Below the pieces are notes generated by a model. The model was not told where the DNA came from. It searched no databases and saw only the letters and a program-made list of their open reading frames with translations. Positions 56,845 to 64,000 of a DNA stretch of 64,000 nucleotides are shown here, one piece after another. Position 1 is the first letter of the stretch. Every line of letters starts with the position of its first letter. Both the position numbers and the translations under genes were made by a program. The DNA is from an uncultured Bacteroidota bacterium (GTDB lineage: Bacteria; Bacteroidota; Bacteroidia; Bacteroidales; GCA-2748055), in NCBI GenBank assembly GCA_963783435.1, contig CAWANQ010000011.1, positions 12,808 to 76,807 of the forward strand, in the 5' to 3' direction.

Positions 56845-57083
56845 CACTACGCACTAACCACTAATCACTAACCACTAATCACTAATCACTACCCACTACT
56901 CACTAACTTACTATCCACTACCCACTACCCACTACCCACTACCCACTACCCACTACCCACTACCCACTACCCACTACCCACTACCCACTACCCACTACCC
57001 ACTACCCACTACCCACTACCCACTACCCACTACCCACTACCCACTACCCACTAACCACTATTCACTACCCACTACTCACTATT
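56845..57083 (-). repeat. array F: 34 heptamer units, 19 of them perfect CACTACC (sense-strand GGTAGTG), 56916-57048
   Basis: Counted unit by unit. There are 9 variant units, one 8-nt phase slip, 19 perfect units, then 5 variant units. The rnfG stop (57072-57074) and its last 3 codons lie inside the array. Confidence 0.97.
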
Positions 57084-57641
57084 AAGTGCATCGTACGCCC
57101 GTTGTACGGCATCGCAATAGGCCCTGGAGGTGATGGTAGAGGCGGTGATGGCATCCACATCTCCACGGTCTTTCCTGACTGCCAGTTTAAAATTATCGGG
57201 ATGTTGCCCCATAAACTGAAGGTTAAAATCCGATTTATCCCTCTCCATTTTATCACCCAATCCCGGGGTTTCTGCATGTTTAATCACAGCGATATCGATG
57301 ATTGAACCGTCGGGGGCAAACCCCACCATCAGCTTAAACTCTCCGCTGAAGCCTTTATTGGTAAAGGTCTCTGCTGCAATGCCCAAAATTTCATCCCCTT
57401 TTCTGGCTGTGTAAAAATAGAGGGTGTCTCCATCTACAGCCACCTTCTTCACTTCCTGAGAGGGCTCATTGTCGAAACCCGGCACCACCACCTGGATGGC
57501 ATCATTTTTCTTTTTCAGTTCGGCCAGACGGATGGGTTCTTTGGTCAGTGCATAAACCGATCCCAAGAGCCCCGCTGCCACCAGGGTGACCACAAAAAGT
57601 GTGGCGACCATGCTTACGAAAGTAGATTCTTTTTTAGCCAC
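57072..57641 (-). CDS. rnfG: Rnf electron transport complex subunit G
   Basis: FMN-binding domain pattern (DAITASTITS). A GTG at 57641 gives MAKKESTFVSMVATLF... and an 8-nt overlap with the rnfD stop. The track ATG at 57677 is also possible. Confidence 0.85.
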   Translation of the reverse strand: MAKKESTFVSMVATLFVVTLVAAGLLGSVYALTKEPIRLAELKKKNDAIQVVVPGFDNEPSQEVKKVAVDGDTLYFYTARKGDEILGIAAETFTNKGFSGEFKLMVGFAPDGSIIDIAVIKHAETPGLGDKMERDKSDFNLQFMGQHPDNFKLAVRKDRGDVDAITASTITSRAYCDAVQRAYDALNSE

Positions 57642-58626
57642 GGGATACCTCCTTTCCAAATCGTTTGGGTTTGACAAATTTGTTGATCAACGGTGTGAAA
57701 CCATTGAATATGAGGATGGCAAATTGCACCCCTTCGGGGTAGGCTCCAAAGACCCTTATAAGTACCGTTACGATCCCAATTCCTATTCCATAGATGATCA
57801 TCCCTTTTTGGGTCATGGGTGAGGTAACGTAATCGGTGGCCATGTATATGGCTCCCAGCATGAGTCCCCCGGAAAGCAGGTGGAACAAAGGATCGGCAAA
57901 GCGATCGGGATTAGCCAGCCAGAGGATTCCTGCAAATACGAAAACAGATCCCAGAATGGAGAGCGGAATGTGCCAGGATATAATTTTCTTATACATCATG
58001 TAGAACATGCCAATCAGTAAGGCCAGAGCCGAAACTTCTCCGGCTGAGCCCATCATTTTTCCCAGAAACAGATTGAGGTAGGAGGGAAGCTCAGGCAAAA
58101 GTTCACCCACTGTTTTTGTGGCAAGTCCCTCTTTCATCATTCCCAGGGGGGTGGGTCCTGTGATTGCATCGGTATAGGACATCCACTGTCCGGCTTCAGG
58201 CCAGGCAGTCATGGCCACAGGAAAGGAGATAAAGAGGAATACCCTGCCCACCAGTGCCGGGTTAAAAATATTGTTGCCCAATCCGCCAAATGTCATCTTT
58301 CCGATACCCACGGCTGCCAGTGCCCCGATCATCACCATCCAGATGGGTATGTTTGTAGGAAGGCAAAATGCCAGCAACAAACCGGTGAGCAGGGCAGAGC
58401 CATCCAGGTGGGTGGTTTTTACCTTCATCATAAATTTCTGGATCAGGTATTCAAACAAGATGCAGGAGGCTATGGATACCGTAGTGACCACGATCATCCC
58501 AATACCAAAGTAGAATACCGAGACGCCCAGTGCAGGCAGCAGTGATATGATCACCCCATACATGAGCTTGGGGACCGATCCCGAAGAGTAGGCATGAGGT
58601 GAAGGTGATACAATGAATTTATTCAT
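57634..58626 (-). CDS. rnfD: Rnf electron transport complex subunit D
   Basis: 330 aa and polytopic. The start SPSPHA... and the flavinylation-region context are consistent with RnfD. Confidence 0.95.
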   Translation of the reverse strand: MNKFIVSPSPHAYSSGSVPKLMYGVIISLLPALGVSVFYFGIGMIVVTTVSIASCILFEYLIQKFMMKVKTTHLDGSALLTGLLLAFCLPTNIPIWMVMIGALAAVGIGKMTFGGLGNNIFNPALVGRVFLFISFPVAMTAWPEAGQWMSYTDAITGPTPLGMMKEGLATKTVGELLPELPSYLNLFLGKMMGSAGEVSALALLIGMFYMMYKKIISWHIPLSILGSVFVFAGILWLANPDRFADPLFHLLSGGLMLGAIYMATDYVTSPMTQKGMIIYGIGIGIVTVLIRVFGAYPEGVQFAILIFNGFTPLINKFVKPKRFGKEVSRG

Positions 58627-58644
58627 CTTTATAGCTTATTTCTT

Positions 58645-59979
58645 TTAGACCGCTTTTCGTGCTCTTATAATTTTTCCAAGTTCGGCTTTCCCAAGCCTGA
58701 TGTAATCCAGCAGTGGACGGGAGGAGGGACAGGTGTAGCTACAACTTCCACATTCGATACAATCCATCACTTTGTCACTTTCCATCCGTTCAAATAGCCC
58801 TTTTTGGGCCAATGTCATAAGGAGGTATGGCTCTAGTCCCATGGGACATACAGTCAGGCATTTGCTGCATCGGATGCAAGGAAGGACCTCTTTCCTTTTG
58901 GCTTCTGCCTTGTCTAAAAGAAGAATGCCCGATGAGCCTTTTACCACAGGGACATCAAGGCTTGAGAGCGCTTTTCCCATCATGGGACCTCCGTTAATGA
59001 CCTTGCCCACCTGTTCGGGCAAACCGCCTGCCTTCTCTACCAGGTAGGAGACCGGAGTCCCAATTCTTACCTTAAAGTTTGAAGGTTTTGCCAGCGATTT
59101 TCCGGTCACTGTAACCACGCGTTCAATGAGGGGCTTGTTTCTCATGACAGCTTCATAGGCCGCCAGTGCTGTACCCACATTAAATACAACCACACCCACA
59201 TCTATGGGCAATCCTCCTGAGGGTACCTCACGTTTGAGCAGGGCCTGCACCAGCTGCTTTTCACCTCCCTGGGGATACTGTACCTTTAAGGCCTGAACCG
59301 CTATAGAACTTCCCTCAGCCGCTTTCTTCATCTTCTCAATGGCCTCCGGTTTGTTATTCTCTATGCCCAGTATGGCTTTCTCCACTCCCAGACCTTTCAT
59401 CAATACCTGGATCCCAGAGATTATCTCCTCTGATTGTGATGTCATCAAAGCCTCATCGGCTGTGAGGTAAGGCTCGCACTCCACTCCATTGACCACCAGG
59501 AATTCAGCTTTTTTACCCTTGGGCACCATTAACTTCACATGACTGGGGAAGGTGGCTCCCCCCAGTCCGACGATTCCGGCCTCCAGGATTTTTTTACGGA
59601 TATCCTCGGCAGAAAGTACGGTATTCCTGACCAGGTCGTCGGAGCGGTCGATAAACTCTTCCCATAAATCTCCTTCCACCTGAATCTGCACTGCTGTTCT
59701 CCTGTAACCCGAACTATCGGGAAACTTATCCACCTTTAACACCTTTCCGGAGACAGATGAGTGAATGTTGGTGGAGACAAATCCCTCTGATTGGGCAATG
59801 AGTTGACCCACTTTTACCTGATCTCCCCTGTTGACCAGAACTTTGGCCGGTGCGCCCAGGTGCTGGGATACAGGGATAATCACCACTTCAGGCAGATCGA
59901 GTACCTCAATGGCAGCACCCGAAGAAAGTTTATGTTCGGGGGGATGAACACCGCCCCTTGAAAATGTTTTAAGACTCAT
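58645..59979 (-). CDS. rnfC: Rnf electron transport complex subunit C
   Basis: 444 aa. Motifs are GGVHPPEHK and GLGGATFP, plus two CxxCxxCxxxCP clusters. Confidence 0.95.
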   Translation of the reverse strand: MSLKTFSRGGVHPPEHKLSSGAAIEVLDLPEVVIIPVSQHLGAPAKVLVNRGDQVKVGQLIAQSEGFVSTNIHSSVSGKVLKVDKFPDSSGYRRTAVQIQVEGDLWEEFIDRSDDLVRNTVLSAEDIRKKILEAGIVGLGGATFPSHVKLMVPKGKKAEFLVVNGVECEPYLTADEALMTSQSEEIISGIQVLMKGLGVEKAILGIENNKPEAIEKMKKAAEGSSIAVQALKVQYPQGGEKQLVQALLKREVPSGGLPIDVGVVVFNVGTALAAYEAVMRNKPLIERVVTVTGKSLAKPSNFKVRIGTPVSYLVEKAGGLPEQVGKVINGGPMMGKALSSLDVPVVKGSSGILLLDKAEAKRKEVLPCIRCSKCLTVCPMGLEPYLLMTLAQKGLFERMESDKVMDCIECGSCSYTCPSSRPLLDYIRLGKAELGKIIRARKAV

Positions 59980-59991
59980 TGAATCAACTAT

Positions 59992-60852
59992 TTAATTTCT
60001 GCTTCTACGGTTTCTACTTTTGCCGGCCTGGGGGGTGGGAAAGTTTAGTTCCAGAATGGCACTTGTGGGACATTCCACCACACATTTGCGACACAGCTTA
60101 CACTTCTCCGAATCGATAAATGCCAGGTTATTGTTCATGGTGATGGCATCATAAGGACATACTTTAAAACACTTGGAACATCCGATACAGGCTACACTGC
60201 AGTTCTTTTTCGCCACAGCCCCTTTCTCCTCATTGATACAGCTTACAAATATTTTACGGTCCTTTTTATTCTTCTTACGAAGCTCAATGATATCCCTGGG
60301 ACAGGCATCCACACAGGCTCCGCAGGCAGTACACTTATCATCCACCACTACGGGGAGTTCAGTCACCGGATCCATATGGATGGCATCGAAATTGCATACC
60401 ACCACACAATCCCCTTCACCCAGGCATCCGTGTGGGCATCCTCCCTCACCCGTGTAGAGACTATGCGCAATGGCGCAGGTAGGTGCTCCGTCGTATACAT
60501 TGGTTCTGGGCCTGAATTCAGGAGCCCCATTGCACCTGATCACGGCAACCCGGGGTGCCTGTTCAATGGCTTGTTTGCCTAGTATGGAGGCAGCTTTCGC
60601 CATGGTATCATTGCCTCCCACCGGACAAAACAGGTCGTCCCATGATTCTGTTTTAACCAGTGTTTCGGCAAAATTTCGACAGCCTGGAAATCCACATCCG
60701 CCACAATTGGCAGCTGGTAAGGCTTCCTCTACCTGGTCGATCCGGGGATCTTCGAATACCTTGAATTTCTGCGCCACAAAATAGAGGATGATGGCAGCGG
60801 CGGCGCCAATTCCAACCAGGGTGATTATGGTAAATAGAATGATCTGGCTCAT
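59992..60852 (-). CDS. rnfB: Rnf electron transport complex subunit B
   Basis: 286 aa with an N-terminal TM helix. Motifs are LPAANCGGCGFPGC and several 4Fe-4S motifs. Confidence 0.95.
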   Translation of the reverse strand: MSQIILFTIITLVGIGAAAAIILYFVAQKFKVFEDPRIDQVEEALPAANCGGCGFPGCRNFAETLVKTESWDDLFCPVGGNDTMAKAASILGKQAIEQAPRVAVIRCNGAPEFRPRTNVYDGAPTCAIAHSLYTGEGGCPHGCLGEGDCVVVCNFDAIHMDPVTELPVVVDDKCTACGACVDACPRDIIELRKKNKKDRKIFVSCINEEKGAVAKKNCSVACIGCSKCFKVCPYDAITMNNNLAFIDSEKCKLCRKCVVECPTSAILELNFPTPQAGKSRNRRSRN

Positions 60853-61280
60853 TGCACGGTGTTGGTTTTCTTTATACTGAATGTAAATGTAGACTCGATG
60901 CGTTTTCGGAAAAGATAGAGAAGCAAATAGTAGGGGAGGATGGATAGCAAGGCAAGGCTACCCGCCTTAAGTTCGCTCACTCCCATTAATATAAGCAGGA
61001 TCAATACGGCCATCAGGAGTAAAAATGGGTAGAAATACCCCAGTGCCACTGCTTTAAATCCCAGGCGCCTGGCTACCTGCACATGGACCTGCTCACCGGT
61101 TTTATAGCTTGCTCCCGAGAGCGGGACATCCAGGAATTTCTCTTCCTGGTCGGCAGCACCACATACCCCTTTAGCGTGACAGGCAGAACATGCAGATTCA
61201 CTATTAATCTTTACATGCGCCACATCCCCTTCAATGCGATCAACGATTCCTAAGTGGTCAATTAAGTTATGGTCGGACAT
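60849..61280 (-). CDS. RseC/MucC-family (SoxR-reducing system) protein
   Basis: 143 aa. It has the CSACHAKGVCG motif, two C-terminal TM helices, and an ATGA overlap with rnfB. Confidence 0.8.
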   Translation of the reverse strand: MSDHNLIDHLGIVDRIEGDVAHVKINSESACSACHAKGVCGAADQEEKFLDVPLSGASYKTGEQVHVQVARRLGFKAVALGYFYPFLLLMAVLILLILMGVSELKAGSLALLSILPYYLLLYLFRKRIESTFTFSIKKTNTVQ

Positions 61281-61399
61281 AGTAGCTGTTTAGTCCAAAA
61301 CAGGTACAAAATTATCGATGTAGAGCGAATCTCAGTTGCTGAATATCATATTAATCCAAATTCCGGGCAATTTATTCTGGATTTAAATAGCCAGAGGGC

Positions 61400-62860
61400 T
61401 TAGAACATCACTCCCAGCAGCACATAGAAATTTTGGTTGGTCACCTTAGGCCCTTCACTGTCCTGTCTGAAGTCGGTAAGTCCAGTCTGATAATAGAGCC
61501 CCAGCTGAACATTCATGGCTTCCATCCCAATCCCATAGGTAAGGCCCATTTCGTGCGGGGCATAGGTGTTGTCATAGTCCATGGTGACATTCCCCATTTT
61601 CCCTCCAAAATGATAGCTGTAGTAGCCTCCAACCTGTATATAGGCCCTTACAAAGCTCTCATCAGGAGTTGCCAACAGGAGGCTTAAAGGCGTTGTGACA
61701 GAGTGGGTACGGTAATCCCCATCCCAGGATTGACTTCCCTTGGTTTCATAAAGCACTTCGGGCTGGACCATCAAAAAGCGGTTTAGCTGTATGTTCCCGA
61801 AAAGTCCGGCTTCAAAGGCCAAAATGGTTTTTCCACGGTAAGCTTCATCCTTGAAATTGTGGTAACCTGTACCCATATTTACCCTGACTCCCGGTCTGAA
61901 TGTTTTTGTTCTGGCCACCAGGTCGGCATCCTCCTCCAATGCCGGCATATCTGAAATGGCAGGAACTGTGGAAAGGTACAGGGTGGCTGAACTTATAAAA
62001 TCGCTCACTTTGGCCATTCCATCATAGTCCAGTTTTTTGGCCGTATCCCCGGGTTTATGGTAGGGGGATTCGAGACCGGTGAATGTATGGATGGCCGGGA
62101 TTCCAATATTGCCAAAGGGTGCTGTATCGGTCCGCTGGCCCACCGATTTATTGGCCTTGCTCACTTTGATTCCATACGCTCCGGCCAGCTCAACAACCAC
62201 ATGCTCATAATCGCTTAACATCTTAACGCCCACCATATCAAGTCCCCCATGGGTGTTGTACATTCCCACCATATCGAGACTAAACATCAGTTTGATCTGG
62301 TGTGGAGGGATGATGGAGTTCTCCACAAACCATGTAGAGCCAATGAGCCCACTCTCTTCCCCATCGAAGGCTACAATAACCACACTTCGGCCCAGGGAGG
62401 CCTGACTGGCTGCCATGTTCCTGCCAATTTCAATGATAGCGGCACTCCCAGATGCATTGTCATCTGCCCCGTTGTAGACTACGGTATCGCCTTCGCTGAT
62501 CTTCCAGCCCAGGTGGTCAAAATGGGCTCCAAGCACAATGAATTCTTCTTTCAGCAAAGAATCATTTCCAGGAATAATCCCTGCCACATTGATCCCCGGG
62601 ATATTCAGGATTCCTTTCCGGTGATTAAAGGGATGGAAATAGGTGCCATGGAGAGGAGCAATACCGGCATTCTCCATCTCTTGAGCTATATATTCAGCAG
62701 CCAGCATGCCCTGTGGCGTTCCAAAACCCCTGCCCAGAAGTGCATCTGAAGCCAGTGTGTTTACATGTTCTTCAAGATTAGATGACGGGGTGTTGAATTG
62801 ACCCATTACCTGGAAGGTCATTGTAAGAGCCACAATGACGAAAAGCGTTGATTTAAGCAT
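61400..62860 (-). CDS. M28 family peptidase fused to a C-terminal outer-membrane beta-barrel domain
   Basis: M28 motifs are LGAHFDHLG, ADDNASG and DGEESGLIGS. The C-terminal ~170 aa show an alternating barrel pattern ending YVLLGVMF. The start is set at MLKSTLFVIVALT. Confidence 0.8.
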   Translation of the reverse strand: MLKSTLFVIVALTMTFQVMGQFNTPSSNLEEHVNTLASDALLGRGFGTPQGMLAAEYIAQEMENAGIAPLHGTYFHPFNHRKGILNIPGINVAGIIPGNDSLLKEEFIVLGAHFDHLGWKISEGDTVVYNGADDNASGSAAIIEIGRNMAASQASLGRSVVIVAFDGEESGLIGSTWFVENSIIPPHQIKLMFSLDMVGMYNTHGGLDMVGVKMLSDYEHVVVELAGAYGIKVSKANKSVGQRTDTAPFGNIGIPAIHTFTGLESPYHKPGDTAKKLDYDGMAKVSDFISSATLYLSTVPAISDMPALEEDADLVARTKTFRPGVRVNMGTGYHNFKDEAYRGKTILAFEAGLFGNIQLNRFLMVQPEVLYETKGSQSWDGDYRTHSVTTPLSLLLATPDESFVRAYIQVGGYYSYHFGGKMGNVTMDYDNTYAPHEMGLTYGIGMEAMNVQLGLYYQTGLTDFRQDSEGPKVTNQNFYVLLGVMF

Positions 62861-63012
62861 GATTATTAATGGTTTTAGGAATAGAGCGAGCAAATGTAAT
62901 TAAATAGGTTGTGTTTTCCTGACTAACTGTCTATATTGTAGACGGAAAAGAAAGTCACAGAATTCGCCCTCAGGGCCCATTCTAAAAGAGATTGATTGTA
63001 ATGTAACCTGTT

Positions 63013-63900
63013 ATGGGAAAACCCATTGCATTTCTGCTTGCTACCTTATTGCTGCTGGTGAGTCCATTGTGTGTTGGACAGATCCACACGGTGGTCTCAC
63101 ACCCTGTTTTGGAGCTTAATGATCAGGAAGTACATATCTTCTACGACATTATAAACAGCGGTCCCAACGATAGATTTATTATATCGGTTCTTATTACCGA
63201 TACCCGGGGCCAGGAGCTAATCAGCAATTCATTATCCGGAGATGTGGGAGATAATGTGAGTGGGGGTGTCCAGAAGCACATTGTCTGGGACCTGGTGGAA
63301 GACAGCATTACCCTCAATGGCGACATTGATGTACAGATTTTGCTGGAAGCCCTTCCCCCTGCAATTCCGGAGCGTTTAAGCCAAAAACAGGATCAAAATG
63401 ATTTAATGGAATCCGATCCCCTGGCAGGAGAAGACGCAATTTCGAAAAATCAACTAGCGGGAGCAGCGGGGTCACCTGCAGTACCCAAACATTTTACCCG
63501 GACCGGACTTGTATTTCAGTCACTCGTGTTCCCCGGATGGGGACTTTCACGTTTACAGAAGAAGCCACACTGGATCAAAGGCCTGGCCGCCTATGGTTGT
63601 GTGGCAGGCTCGGTTTACATGAATCGTAAGGCCGTGGAGACCTATGGACAGATAGACAGTTATCAGGACTACCAGGAAAAGGATGATCTCTATCAGGAAT
63701 CCAAAAAACAGGACAACATTTCTGAAGCATTAGCATATACCGCAGCCGGGATCTGGGTGATTGATTTTATCTGGACCCTGGTAGGCACTTCTGAATTAAA
63801 AACCAAACATAAAAGAAGCTCTGTTTCAGGGCTTTCATTGATCACAGACATTGATCCTCTTACTTATGCGCCAATGGTTGGAATACATATTGGTTTTTAG
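63013..63900 (+). CDS. hypothetical secreted/membrane protein
   Basis: 295 aa with a signal peptide. The C-terminal half holds hydrophobic segments with an FPGWG motif. I cannot make a secure family assignment. Confidence 0.55.
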   Translation: MGKPIAFLLATLLLLVSPLCVGQIHTVVSHPVLELNDQEVHIFYDIINSGPNDRFIISVLITDTRGQELISNSLSGDVGDNVSGGVQKHIVWDLVEDSITLNGDIDVQILLEALPPAIPERLSQKQDQNDLMESDPLAGEDAISKNQLAGAAGSPAVPKHFTRTGLVFQSLVFPGWGLSRLQKKPHWIKGLAAYGCVAGSVYMNRKAVETYGQIDSYQDYQEKDDLYQESKKQDNISEALAYTAAGIWVIDFIWTLVGTSELKTKHKRSSVSGLSLITDIDPLTYAPMVGIHIGF

Positions 63901-64000
63901 CTGTTTGCTATTAACCCTATCCTGCGTGAGGTTTGAGCCCCGGGGATTTCTCTTTATTACCACCGACTCTGTTTATATGGATATGGGAGATAAAAGTATT

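Noticed and set aside
56807-56854. rnfE start at 56854 (MRSEKIDFILSTLYLH...)
   Set aside because: The extension runs into repeat array F and is not RnfE-like. The ATG at 56806 gives the conserved N-terminus.

Overview
The window looks like a chromosomal segment of a Bacteroidota (Bacteroidia/Marinilabiliales-like) genome. Supporting this are a fused CcoN-CcoO oxidase, an RseC-rnfBCDGEA operon, SusC-type CarboxypepD_reg/plug modules, a TAnnTTTG -7 box, and many 4-8 nt start/stop overlaps. The content is mostly housekeeping or accessory metabolism. From start to end it holds: a DhaK/RpiB/TIM-barrel/MFS sugar module; aldo-keto reductases; GNAT genes plus a MATE pump; a glycyl-radical enzyme with its activase (probably HypD-like); a ykfABC-like muropeptide-recycling cluster; an NrfC/NrfD/cytochrome c module directly upstream of a complete cbb3 oxidase and maturation cluster (ccoS, ccoNO, Q, P, G, H, I); tRNA-Ser(CGA); a GH127 gene; M28 peptidases; an ECF sigma/anti-sigma pair facing a vWA protein; a penicillin-acylase homologue; and the Rnf complex. 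No defence, phage or transposase genes were seen. The main signal not explained by genes is a family of six period-7(8) tandem arrays. They are C-free and carry a stop codon on one strand, and they begin at or inside the stop codons of genes. One is a 239-bp array with 19 perfect GGTAGTG units inside the rnf operon, which matches the G-quadruplex motif. Inverted copies of the array motif flank the glycyl-radical operon. Four genes are broken by single-base frame disruptions. Whether these are decay or homopolymer sequencing errors cannot be decided from this sequence.
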